Assembly (NCBI GenBank): GCA_934526065.1
Contig: CAKSZX010000001.1
Span: forward strand, 269,594-333,593
Origin: an uncultured Oscillospiraceae bacterium
Lineage (GTDB): Bacteria > Bacillota > Clostridia > Oscillospirales > Ruminococcaceae
Direction: 5' to 3'
Length of the DNA: 64,000 nt
Below, piece after piece: positions 9,558 through 18,889 of this stretch (position 1 is its first letter; every line of letters starts with the position of its first letter). The notes beneath the pieces are model-generated. The model was not told where the DNA came from. It saw only the letters and a list, made by a program, of their open reading frames with translations, and ran no database searches. A program made the position numbers and the translations under genes.

Positions 9558-10258
9558 TCGGTCTTTTGAAAGATTATATAGTTTTTACAGGTGCCAATGG
9601 TGCAGGCGGTGTCAAGGTCGATATTCCTGCCGACTTTTATGAGGAAATTGACGGATATATTTTTACCCCTACCGATAGCGGCTCATTATCTGTCGTTCGT
9701 GATCATAAGGATTGTGGCAATATTAGTCTTACATTTCAAAATGTAAACGGTGAATACGTCAATTCAAATGGTGTGACTGTATCAAATGGAGACGAACTTA
9801 AAGTAGGAGTAAGTGACTTCGGTTTTAAATATAACGTTGAACAAGAAGGTTATATAATCCCGGAAAATTATACGGTAACCGTATCGGGCTTAGGGGAGTA
9901 CATTTCTTCGCCGGATCAGATTACGGAAGAAATAAAGACAGAAGTTGACAATCAAATTTATCGGTATGTGGCCGAAAGAAGAAAACCCATAGATCATTTT
10001 CCGAATTTCAAAATAGTTGGTTACAAGTGGGCAACTCTTAAATCAAACGCCGTTTCACATAATTTAGCGGTTGAGAAAAATTTTTTGTGTGTTATGTGCG
10101 AAAATGATATGGATTATTCGACTTATAAGATTACGAAATATTTCAGCCCCACAATATTGCTATATGATGACGGAACATACAAGGTGGATGTTGGCACCGC
10201 GCACAATCTTGAGTGGTACCCTTTGGATAAATACGATTTAACCGATATAAACTTTTAA
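9530..10258 (+). CDS. Hypothetical protein (possible C-terminal part of a split lipoprotein gene)
   Basis: Overlaps the previous ORF by 28 nt in another frame. Repeated motif similarity (VSFEGYNGY vs VTVSGLGEY) suggests one ancestral gene. Confidence 0.35.
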   Translation: MEEAKTMDIIGLLKDYIVFTGANGAGGVKVDIPADFYEEIDGYIFTPTDSGSLSVVRDHKDCGNISLTFQNVNGEYVNSNGVTVSNGDELKVGVSDFGFKYNVEQEGYIIPENYTVTVSGLGEYISSPDQITEEIKTEVDNQIYRYVAERRKPIDHFPNFKIVGYKWATLKSNAVSHNLAVEKNFLCVMCENDMDYSTYKITKYFSPTILLYDDGTYKVDVGTAHNLEWYPLDKYDLTDINF

Positions 10259-10283
10259 GTTATAAAACAAAAATTCCGGCTTT

Positions 10284-10544
10284 TCAGTCGGAATTTTCTT
10301 TTTTGTACTTGGCTATTAAAATTTGCTTTTCCCGGCGGGTAAGTTGCTTTATCCGATACTCTCTTTTCAGCGCCCGGCTTTTGTCCGGGCAGGGCTCACG
10401 GTAGGCAAGTTTTACCGGCAAGCGGCTTTTTGTGTATTTTGCTCCCTTGCCGGCGTTATGGGCGGCAAGCCTTTTTTCCGTGTCTGTCGTCCAACCTGTG
10501 TAAAGGGTGCCGTCGGCACACTGTAAAATATATACCCAATTCAT
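10284..10544 (-). CDS. GIY-YIG nuclease-family protein (UPF0213/YhbQ-like)
   Basis: 86 aa; WVYILQCADGTLYTGWTTDTEKRLAAHN is the canonical GIY-YIG signature. Confidence 0.75.
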   Translation of the reverse strand: MNWVYILQCADGTLYTGWTTDTEKRLAAHNAGKGAKYTKSRLPVKLAYREPCPDKSRALKREYRIKQLTRREKQILIAKYKKENSD

Positions 10545-10699
10545 AAAATCACCTGTTAAATATTACCATAAAACAGGGGCATTTACAAATCAAAATGCCG
10601 AAAATAATAAAATTTGTAGGTAAAATATTGATATTTTATTCATAAAGTAATATACTAAAAGTAGAGTTTAAGTATGTTATTTTGAAAAGAGGTGCGCCG

Positions 10700-11509
10700 A
10701 TGGCATTTGATATAAAAACTTTTTGTTACATTACTGATGCCTTTGAGAAAAAAGGAAAATTTGAGGCTGATTATCGGCATGGGGGACTGAATATTTTTTA
10801 TGCGGCAAAGGGCAGCTGCTCTGTTGTCAGCCACGGAAAAATACTCGAAATGGTTCAGGGCGATATTATTTGTTGCGACGGCACCGCAAATTTAAAATGC
10901 GAAGCAAAAACCGATGATGTTTACGGCATAAACATAGTCGGCACGGTGGCGGAAAAATACGGCAGAGAAATAGAAACAGCCTTTGTTACCAACAGCCTTT
11001 TTTCGCCGTTTTTGCCACAGCAGATTATGCAGGTTGTAAAAGCTTATAAATCATTAAGTGAGATATATCTTGCCAATACCGGCTTTGAAATTATAAATGC
11101 TTTAAGCCACGGAGATAAAACTGCGGTAATTGCCAACACATTGATTATTGAGGCGGTACAGCTTATAAAAGAGAGGTACTGTCAGCCATTCGGTGTTGAG
11201 GATTTGGCACAGCGGCTTAAAATTTCAAAGAGCCACCTTGTCCGTGAATTTTTCAAATACACAGGCACAACGCCGGGTAAGTATCTTACAACGGTGAGAA
11301 TTGATGCGGTTAAATATCTGCTTGCCACAACTTCCCTTTCTCTTAATGAGATAGCGGCAAGAACCGGTTTTTCCGGGGATAACTATCTGTGCAAGTCCTT
11401 TAAAAGGGCAACGGGGGAAACACCGGTAGCTTATAAACAAAGGGTTATTTCTTCACAGTATTTGCCAAACCAAATGACATTACAGGTTGACCCGGAGATC
11501 TATCTTTGA
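10700..11509 (+). CDS. AraC-family transcriptional regulator (N-terminal cupin-like domain, C-terminal HTH)
   Basis: C-terminal AraC HTH (KISKSHLVREFFKYTGTTPGKYLTTVRIDAVKYLL...LNEIAARTGFSGDNYLCKSFKRATGETP). Confidence 0.8.
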   Translation: MAFDIKTFCYITDAFEKKGKFEADYRHGGLNIFYAAKGSCSVVSHGKILEMVQGDIICCDGTANLKCEAKTDDVYGINIVGTVAEKYGREIETAFVTNSLFSPFLPQQIMQVVKAYKSLSEIYLANTGFEIINALSHGDKTAVIANTLIIEAVQLIKERYCQPFGVEDLAQRLKISKSHLVREFFKYTGTTPGKYLTTVRIDAVKYLLATTSLSLNEIAARTGFSGDNYLCKSFKRATGETPVAYKQRVISSQYLPNQMTLQVDPEIYL

Positions 11510-11667
11510 TTTTAGTATCATACAGCCGAAAGAGAGCGTTTTGCGCTCTCTTTTTTAATCCGGTTTGAAATAATTGTGAAATATATATTAAAATTACTTG
11601 CATTTTAAAAAAATGTTATATAATATAAACATAACAAGTATTCAAATCAGACGAAAGCAGGTGTAAT

Positions 11668-12375
11668 ATGAAAAAGACCAAACGAACGGTAATTATTTTA
11701 TACGCAATATCTGTGGTTGTGTTTTTGGCCTATTGGGGCTTGTATCGGGTGAGCCGCAGGTTAGAAACCTTTGACGGCTTTTACACAAATTATCCTACGC
11801 CTATCGGGTGGGCGCCGGAATTTATCCTTTTCACCGCCGTACTGCCTTATTCACTGTTGATGCTTGCCTGTGGCAAAAGCGAAAATAAAAGGGCTTTGCA
11901 AGGTGTGTTTGGGGTGTTTATCCTGTTTATGGGGATTATGTTCGGCAAAACATTGCCGCAGGTGTACAGGCACTACAATCATTCGATTATGCTTAAAGAC
12001 ACAAGATACGATGTAACCGACATTGAGCTTGAAGATGTTGATAAGATTAGTCGGGCTAACGGCAATTATATTTTGTACATAGGCAGGCCCTCTTGTTTAA
12101 ACTGTGATTTTGCCTATGATAAAATATACAAGTCAACCGAGAGAGAAGCCCTTATGGTGTATTACTACGACACATCAAAGGACAGAGAGGATAACAACCG
12201 GGAAATGACGGCGGCACTTGATAAATACGGTATAAATTCCGTGCCGGCAGTGATTTTCTTTGTTGACGGCAAGGTTGACAAGTGTATTACAGGGGATGAG
12301 GTTGTAAACAATTTTTCCGACATTGTGCACCAATATAAAACCAATGCCACATATTTTACCGATAAGTTGAAGTAA
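11668..12375 (+). CDS. Membrane-anchored thioredoxin-fold protein (CLNC motif)
   Basis: N-terminal TM helices, then a CxxC motif (RPSCLNCDF) and a thioredoxin-like beta-alpha-beta region (VPAVIFFVDGK). Confidence 0.45.
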   Translation: MKKTKRTVIILYAISVVVFLAYWGLYRVSRRLETFDGFYTNYPTPIGWAPEFILFTAVLPYSLLMLACGKSENKRALQGVFGVFILFMGIMFGKTLPQVYRHYNHSIMLKDTRYDVTDIELEDVDKISRANGNYILYIGRPSCLNCDFAYDKIYKSTEREALMVYYYDTSKDREDNNREMTAALDKYGINSVPAVIFFVDGKVDKCITGDEVVNNFSDIVHQYKTNATYFTDKLK

Positions 12376-12420
12376 AAAAATTAAAAGGCTTTCGCTTTTA
12401 ATGGGCGAAAGCCTTTCTTT

Positions 12421-13473
12421 TTAGCTTATTTCCGTAATTTCCGTACCCGGGTAGTAGTGGGATAAAATCTCTTTGTAATCGCTGCCGTTTTGGGACATTT
12501 GGTTTGCTCCGTATTGGCTTAAACCGACGCCGTGGCCATATCCCTTTGTAACTGCGGAAAACTTGCCGTCCTCATAAAAGAACATAACGCAGGTGGACTG
12601 TAATTTTAAACAATCTCTAAGCTGATCCGCCGGCACCTTGTCTATGCCTATTGTCACATATTGAGCGTAACCGCTGTCAAAGTATGTTATGTCGCCAAAC
12701 CAATTTTCCGGGGTTTCTTCGCTTATTTCCAAGTTAGGAAAGTAGGATTTAAGCATTGTATAAAGTTCCGACACGGTAAACTCTTTTATCTTAATATTGT
12801 CCTCGCTTAACACATCATAAGGGCTTTCAACGCTTACAAGGTATGGTAAGGCTTTGCCCCACCGGTTTTCGCTGCTTTCGGTTTTGCCCCGGCTCATGGC
12901 AAAATAGCTTGTCAGGGCAGGTTGTCCCCCATAGGTTACAACGCTGTTTATAACCCGGTTTGCACAGCGGGTAAATTTTTCGTAATAGTCATAATAACTT
13001 GTACCCCAATACCGATTTAAGGTTTCTTTGCTCCGCCAGGTTTGCATATTGCTCTCGTTAAAGGTTATGTAATCGGTTTCTATGCTGCCGGGGTTTTCCT
13101 TGCAGTACAAATAGTAGCTGTGGGCGGCTATCATTTGGGCTTTTATGGCGTTTTCTTCGTAGCTTGCAGGCATTTCACAGGCGGCACAGCCGATAAGATA
13201 ATCCAAAAGGGGGATTTCCGTAACCTTTTCTTTTTCAAGGTCGTATAAAAATACCGTCTGCCGATTTTCCCGACGGTTGTCGGTTTGTCCGCCCTCCGGG
13301 GCAGGCTCTTTGCCTTTGCCGTAAATTTTGCTGTATGCAAAAGGCACCGCCAAATTAACTGCAATCAGAAAAATATAAATCGCTAAAAATTTTTTCATAT
13401 AATCCTCTATGTATTGTAATTTTCCTTTGTTTGTATTAGAATTATATTCAGAGAATAAATTTTTTATTACCAA
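12421..13473 (-). CDS. spoIID: Stage II sporulation protein D (SpoIID/LytB family lytic transglycosylase)
   Basis: Signal/TM N-terminus. Conserved SpoIID motifs YLxGxxAxEMP, AQAIAARSY-like (AQMIAAHSYYLY), and C-terminal GHGVGLSQYGANQMSQNG. Confidence 0.85.
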   Translation of the reverse strand: MVIKNLFSEYNSNTNKGKLQYIEDYMKKFLAIYIFLIAVNLAVPFAYSKIYGKGKEPAPEGGQTDNRRENRQTVFLYDLEKEKVTEIPLLDYLIGCAACEMPASYEENAIKAQMIAAHSYYLYCKENPGSIETDYITFNESNMQTWRSKETLNRYWGTSYYDYYEKFTRCANRVINSVVTYGGQPALTSYFAMSRGKTESSENRWGKALPYLVSVESPYDVLSEDNIKIKEFTVSELYTMLKSYFPNLEISEETPENWFGDITYFDSGYAQYVTIGIDKVPADQLRDCLKLQSTCVMFFYEDGKFSAVTKGYGHGVGLSQYGANQMSQNGSDYKEILSHYYPGTEITEIS

Positions 13474-13483
13474 GGAGTAGATT

Positions 13484-14461
13484 ATGGCTTTCTATGTTAT
13501 TTTTATGGTTGTTTGCCTTATGTTTTTTGCAGGGCGAATATATGAACTTTTAAATCTTACTGACTTTACCACAGGCTTTTTGTCCGCAAAGGGAATTGTG
13601 GCAAATCCGCTTACCGTTGCCCTTATTGTACTTGTGGCGGTTTGCTGTGGGGTTATAATCTTTTCCGGCAAGGGTGCGCCGCAAAAGCGCAAATATGCCA
13701 CCGGTTTGCCCTGGTTTATATCCGGCATGCTTTTTATAGCCGGGGCGATTTTCAGCATTATGGACACATTTAAGCACGGTGGATTTTTGGGCTTTGATAT
13801 TGCTATAATAATTGCCTCTGCCGGTGTGCTGTGGCTGGGCATTTTGGATATAAAGGGCAAAAAAAGAGAGAAAATACCATTTTTGCTAACAATGCTTTTG
13901 CCTGTGTCGTTTTGCCTTAACAGCGTTATATACGAAGTTTCCACCGTCCACAACAGCCTTTATACCATGAGAGTTTTGTCCTATATGTCCCTTTTGGTAT
14001 TTTTGCTTATGCTGTTTAAGTCGGTTTATCAGCCGGACAGTAAATCCGACGGCATGCTTTTTTCGGCCGCCCTTGTAAATGTGGCTTTTTCGCTTTTCGG
14101 CATAGGTGCTGTTGCAATTTGCTCCCTTGTAAAAAGAAGCATCGACCTGGGGGGCTTAATGTCCGATTTGGGCTTTGTGGTTATGGGCGTTTACTCTTTG
14201 ACGGTGTCTTTGATTATACTTGCAAAGGCGAAAAATCAAAGCCCTGTTAAAAAGAAGATTGTAGAAGATGAGGACGAAGATTTTGAAGAAGAATTTACCG
14301 ATGTTTTTGACGAAATAAAAGCGGAGCCGAAAGCCCCTGTATATACACCTAAAAGGGAAATTGAACAGACACGCCGGGTAAATTACACCGCAAAAAGTAA
14401 AACCCGCCGGGCGGAACACAGATCTTCCAACGGCAAGGTAATATACAAGGCAAGAAAATAA
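13484..14461 (+). CDS. Hypothetical polytopic membrane protein with acidic C-terminal tail
   Basis: Six or more hydrophobic segments, then EDEDEDFEEEF; no family recognised. Confidence 0.45.
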   Translation: MAFYVIFMVVCLMFFAGRIYELLNLTDFTTGFLSAKGIVANPLTVALIVLVAVCCGVIIFSGKGAPQKRKYATGLPWFISGMLFIAGAIFSIMDTFKHGGFLGFDIAIIIASAGVLWLGILDIKGKKREKIPFLLTMLLPVSFCLNSVIYEVSTVHNSLYTMRVLSYMSLLVFLLMLFKSVYQPDSKSDGMLFSAALVNVAFSLFGIGAVAICSLVKRSIDLGGLMSDLGFVVMGVYSLTVSLIILAKAKNQSPVKKKIVEDEDEDFEEEFTDVFDEIKAEPKAPVYTPKREIEQTRRVNYTAKSKTRRAEHRSSNGKVIYKARK

Positions 14462-14656
14462 TATACATAAAGTGATAATACTAACAAATAAAACTGTTAG
14501 TATTATTATTTTAATTTAAAACAGTGAATATAGCCTAAAATATAATATATAGTTGAAAATATTTTGTTTAATTTATGATTTATTAACAAATGATGGTTGA
14601 TATTATGTTAATATATAGGTGAAGAAAATTCAATTTCGGAAAAGGGGAGGACGGTT

Positions 14657-14947
14657 ATGAACGAAAACACAAGAAAAACTATAAACGAAGCCATAAGCGC
14701 ATTTAAGTCAATAAGAAATTATTCCATATTAAACATAGTAGTTTGTGTAATAGGTTTAGAACGGTTTTTTAAACTTGATGTGTACTCATTTGATTACATA
14801 AAGACATTCGATTTTTCCCCCGGTAGCATAGTGAGATATGCTCTTGTTCTTTCGATGTTGCGGTCTATTGGCATTGCAAGATTTTCAATGGTGAAAATCA
14901 GAACATTAAAGGAGAGCCTTCCGCCACGGGATGACGGTTCGCAATAA
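14657..14947 (+). CDS. Hypothetical small protein
   Basis: 96-aa ORF in an AT-rich intergenic stretch with a GGGGAGG RBS; no homology recognised. Confidence 0.3.
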   Translation: MNENTRKTINEAISAFKSIRNYSILNIVVCVIGLERFFKLDVYSFDYIKTFDFSPGSIVRYALVLSMLRSIGIARFSMVKIRTLKESLPPRDDGSQ

Positions 14948-15000
14948 AATAACAACAGCCCGGCATGCCGCCGGGCTGTAATTTTGTTTGATTTTAAATT

Positions 15001-16719
15001 TTATTTGCTTGCCAAGGCATTTACAGCCCGTTTTGCCGCCGCCGCAGCGTCGGCGGTGTAAATGTCCGCACCGATTTCATCGCAGTATTCCTGGGTTATA
15101 GGGGCGCCGCCAATCATAATTTTAACTTTATCTCTAATGCCTTTTTCTTTTGCAAGGGCAACAACTTTTTTCATTTCGTCCATTGTGGTGGTAAGCAGGG
15201 CGGAACAGCAAATAATATCGCAGTTTTCATTTATGGCGGTATCAACAAATGTTTCGGCGCTTACATCTGTGCCAAGGTCGATAACCGTCAAACCGCTGCC
15301 CTCCATCATAATTTTAACAAGGTTCTTGCCTATGTCGTGCATATCGCCTTTTACGGTGCCCATGCAAACTTTGCCGGCGGATTTACTCTCGCCTTTAACA
15401 AGCAAAGGCTTTAAAATTTCCGTTGCGGCGGTCATACATCTGGCGGCCATAAGCATCTCCGGCACAAAAACCTTGTTTGCGGAAAAATCGTTGCCAAGGC
15501 TTACCATACCGGCAACAAGGCCCTTTTGCAGTATTGTTTGCCGGTCGATATTTTCTTCTATGGCTTGGTTGCACAGCTTTAAAACACGGTTTTTCTGCCC
15601 TTTTTTAAGGGCGGCGGCAAGCTGAGTGAGGGTGTCGCCGGTTTCGCTTTCTCCGGCGACGGAGATTTCTTTTTTAACAACTGTCTTTTCCGCTTTAATG
15701 CGCCTGTGTTCTTCTTTTCTGAAATTCGGCGCATGGAGAACCCGGTTGTACCTGTCTATTTCATCATCTATAATCGGGTCAACCTGTTTGTAAACCGTGC
15801 CGGGCAATCCGTAGGTAATACATGGGATAAAATGACCCATTGGGCAATCCGCCCAAAGAACCTCTTTCATATACCGGCGGATTTCTTCCTCGGCGGCGTC
15901 GGCTCTGTCAATGCTTGCGCCCACTCCGCCCATTAAGGTAAGCTTGCCGTCCAGATGTGCCAAAAGCCGTGGAATATTATTTTCCGGCAGAACGCCCTGC
16001 CAAATCTGTATGCCTATTTCCGCCATATCGTCAACGATAGGGGCACAGTAAGAGTCCGCATGGTGGGCGGCTATCACCCCTTGCGAGCGAATATAACCGT
16101 AAAATTTCCTGTAAGGCTCTTTGAAAAATTCACGCCACATATCCTCTTTCATAAACAAGGCATCCTTTGCACCCCAGTCATCGTGAGAAAGTATTAAATC
16201 CGGGTGCAGGTTGTCTATAACAGTCTTTGCGTAGCTCATTCTGTACCGCAAAATGTAGTCGATAAGCCGGTGCATTTCCCGGGGGTGTTCGTAAAGGTTT
16301 GTCAAGGTGTCCTCAAAACCCATTAAAAAATGCAGTTGTTCAAATATGCCGGTGCCCATAACAACCGAAACCAATTTGCCCTCTTTGCGTATTTCCTCCC
16401 CTTTGGCAAGGCTTTCTTCCCAGCCTGTTTGGCAGTTTGCGGCAATGTCCGGGGCGTGTACCGTCTCTTTCCACTTTGTTATATCTTTCAAGGCCTTGTT
16501 TTCGGCTGTGATATGGGGCATTCTGCCCGGGGCGTCCTCCGGGTAAATAAATGTAACCCCGAATTTATCAACGGCAGTGCCGCCTTTTTTCAGCCCTATA
16601 TCCAAAAATTTACTTACGGGGGTGCCGTAAACAAAGCCCATTGCCTCATATTGTTTAAGCTGTCTTTCCGGCTTGCCGTCTTTTTTTATTGTTTCTCTCA
16701 ATATTTGTGCAGGTGTCAT
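15001..16719 (-). CDS. CmuA-like fusion: URO-D/MtaA-family methyltransferase domain plus B12-binding cap and cobalamin-binding domain
   Basis: 572 aa. The C-terminal ~200 aa carry the B12-binding_2 helical cap and DxHxxG (GDMHDIGKNLV), SALLTTT and MIGGAP motifs of a corrinoid Rossmann domain. The N-terminal ~340 aa is a TIM-barrel-like uroporphyrinogen-decarboxylase/MtaA-type methyltransferase with His/Cys-rich candidate Zn sites (HHADSYC, CPMGHFIPC). Confidence 0.65.
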   Translation of the reverse strand: MTPAQILRETIKKDGKPERQLKQYEAMGFVYGTPVSKFLDIGLKKGGTAVDKFGVTFIYPEDAPGRMPHITAENKALKDITKWKETVHAPDIAANCQTGWEESLAKGEEIRKEGKLVSVVMGTGIFEQLHFLMGFEDTLTNLYEHPREMHRLIDYILRYRMSYAKTVIDNLHPDLILSHDDWGAKDALFMKEDMWREFFKEPYRKFYGYIRSQGVIAAHHADSYCAPIVDDMAEIGIQIWQGVLPENNIPRLLAHLDGKLTLMGGVGASIDRADAAEEEIRRYMKEVLWADCPMGHFIPCITYGLPGTVYKQVDPIIDDEIDRYNRVLHAPNFRKEEHRRIKAEKTVVKKEISVAGESETGDTLTQLAAALKKGQKNRVLKLCNQAIEENIDRQTILQKGLVAGMVSLGNDFSANKVFVPEMLMAARCMTAATEILKPLLVKGESKSAGKVCMGTVKGDMHDIGKNLVKIMMEGSGLTVIDLGTDVSAETFVDTAINENCDIICCSALLTTTMDEMKKVVALAKEKGIRDKVKIMIGGAPITQEYCDEIGADIYTADAAAAAKRAVNALASK

Positions 16720-16729
16720 TTTAAATTCC

Positions 16730-17182
16730 TCACTTTACCAAAATACAGGCGGTAAAAGTCATTGTTTTTACCCCATAGTTATATTTAAGCCCATTTTTAA
16801 GGCATACATCTCCCACAAGCAGACCGTAGGCTTCCATAGACGGGAAAACTTTGCCGGGGAAACGACATGGTTTTGACGGATATGTGCATTTTTTGCATCT
16901 TGTACAGCCGCCGGCACCCATAGGCAGAATATCGCCGTAAATGCGCTTGGCTTGCCTTACAAGGGTGTCAAACCTCGATTTGTGTTTTGCCTCACAGCGC
17001 CTTATGGTTTCAAGGTCAAATTCATCATCCATTACCTCAACGGTTTGCACAACTATGCCGCCGCTGTAAGCCGCAGCTCTTTTGCTTATGTTTTCAAGGC
17101 TGCCTACCGCCGGGGGACAAGCCCAACTTCTGCCGTATTTGACGCACTTATCAGCCGAACACATATCCCTTACTTCCTGCAT
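16730..17182 (-). CDS. DUF2284-family predicted metal-binding protein
   Basis: 150 aa with the WACPP motif and a Cys cluster (GGCTRCKKCTYPSKPCRFP); immediately upstream of the methyltransferase-corrinoid gene on the same strand. Confidence 0.5.
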   Translation of the reverse strand: MQEVRDMCSADKCVKYGRSWACPPAVGSLENISKRAAAYSGGIVVQTVEVMDDEFDLETIRRCEAKHKSRFDTLVRQAKRIYGDILPMGAGGCTRCKKCTYPSKPCRFPGKVFPSMEAYGLLVGDVCLKNGLKYNYGVKTMTFTACILVK

Positions 17183-17347
17183 AAAAACAAGTGTATTTGT
17201 ATCCAGCGGAGCATAATGTTCAAAGCCTATTTCCCGGGCAAGTTCGTATATTTTTTCGGTAATTGTTCTTCACCGCCTTGACAAGGCGCAACCGCCTCGT
17301 GTATATTTAAAACATATTTTAGCTTATTATACGAAAGGCAAAAAATA

Positions 17348-18889
17348 ATGTCAAGAGCGGATATAGTTTACAGAGGAAAAACAATCGTCGTGTCTGCAAA
17401 AGAAGGTCGGAGTGTTTTGAAAATTTTGCAAGATCGGGGAATAAATATTCAAGCGCCTTGCGGCGGCAGAGGCACCTGCGGCAAATGTGCCGTTACTGTG
17501 GTGCAAAACGGCATGAGGAAAACCGTCTTGGCTTGCCAAACAAAAATTTTTGGTGATTGTACCGTTGAGGTGCCGGATTTTGTCGGCGGTAAAATAGAGG
17601 ATGAAATATCCGGCAATTTATTATTTCAACCCCAAAAAGGTTACGGTGTGGCCGTTGACATAGGAACAACATCAATTTCTTTGGCGGTGTATAATCTGGA
17701 AAACGGCCGGCTTGTAGGTAAAAATTCACGGTGGAACAGGCAAACCGCTTACGGTGGGGATGTTATTACAAGAATTAAATACACCATGGATAACCCTAAT
17801 GGGCTTGAAAGACTGACAACACTTGTGCAAAAGCAGATTTTTGATATGTCGGCGGAAATTTTGGATAAAAACAAAATTTCACATGATGATGTAACAAGCC
17901 TTGTGATAGCCGGTAACACTGTTATGGAACATATTTTTTCCGGGCTTGATCCCCGGTCTATGGCGGCAGCCCCCTATAAGCCGAAAACCCTGTTCCAAAC
18001 CGGCGAAAACATAACCTATTCGGAATTTAAAAATGCAAAAGTTTTTATTTTTCCCTGTGTGTCCGCCTTTGTGGGCGGCGATATAACAAGCGGTATTTAC
18101 ACTTTGGAAATTGCCGAAAGCCGTGTAAAAACCCTGTTTATAGACATAGGTACAAACGGCGAGATGGCATTGTGGAACGGCGAAAAATTTATATGCTGTT
18201 CTACCGCCACAGGCCCCGCTTTTGAAGGAGCCGGTATCGTTTGCGGTATGCCCGGTGTTGACGGCGCAATTTGCAAAGTAAAAATAAATGGGCCAGAGCT
18301 TGCCTTTGACACCGTGAACGGGAAGAATGCCGTTGGAATATGCGGTTCCGGCACCGTTGATGTAATCGCCCGGCTGCTGGAAAACGGAGTTATCGACTAT
18401 GGGGGAAGAATGTTAAACCCCCAAGAAGTTGAAAACCCGGTAAAAAAATATATGGGCGAGGACGAAAATGAAAACGGAATATTCTATCTTACCGAAGATA
18501 AAAAAGTGTTCTTCACTCGGGAAGATGTGAGAAAAATTCAACTTGCCAAAGCGGCAGTGGCAGCCGGAATAAAAACAGTTGTAAACAGCGCAAAACTCGG
18601 TTATAATGACATAGACAAGGTTATCATATCCGGGGGTTTCGGCAAAAATTTAAGTACCGAAAGCCTTTGCCGAATAGGTATGATACCGGCGGAATTTGCC
18701 GATAAAACACAGTACGCCGGCAACACGGCATTAAGCGGAGCGGCAAAAACTTTACTTTATCCCGGTAATAGACCGGAAGTAGGCAAGATAAAAAATATGT
18801 GCGAATATATCGAGTTATCCCAAAGTAAAGAATTTACGGAGGATTACATAGAGCAAATGGTATTTGAAAACAGCGAGGTGGATTTATAA
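17348..18889 (+). CDS. Corrinoid reductive activase (RACo type): N-terminal plant-type 2Fe-2S ferredoxin plus ASKHA/DUF4445 ATPase domain
   Basis: 513 aa. CGGRGTCGKCAV...C ferredoxin motif, then an acetate/sugar-kinase-Hsp70-actin-fold region (VDIGTTSISLAV..., FIDIGTNGEMAL). A TTGACA-18-TATATT promoter lies upstream. Confidence 0.75.
   Translation: MSRADIVYRGKTIVVSAKEGRSVLKILQDRGINIQAPCGGRGTCGKCAVTVVQNGMRKTVLACQTKIFGDCTVEVPDFVGGKIEDEISGNLLFQPQKGYGVAVDIGTTSISLAVYNLENGRLVGKNSRWNRQTAYGGDVITRIKYTMDNPNGLERLTTLVQKQIFDMSAEILDKNKISHDDVTSLVIAGNTVMEHIFSGLDPRSMAAAPYKPKTLFQTGENITYSEFKNAKVFIFPCVSAFVGGDITSGIYTLEIAESRVKTLFIDIGTNGEMALWNGEKFICCSTATGPAFEGAGIVCGMPGVDGAICKVKINGPELAFDTVNGKNAVGICGSGTVDVIARLLENGVIDYGGRMLNPQEVENPVKKYMGEDENENGIFYLTEDKKVFFTREDVRKIQLAKAAVAAGIKTVVNSAKLGYNDIDKVIISGGFGKNLSTESLCRIGMIPAEFADKTQYAGNTALSGAAKTLLYPGNRPEVGKIKNMCEYIELSQSKEFTEDYIEQMVFENSEVDL

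Noticed and set aside
15062-16755. Multiple 60-190-aa ORFs on the plus strand inside the MT::corrinoid gene (and similar antisense ORFs inside pflB, PBP, murE/murF, ftsZ)
   Set aside because: They lie antisense to long, well-supported CDSs, lack RBSs, and have low-complexity or Cys/Arg-rich composition typical of shadow ORFs in GC-moderate DNA.
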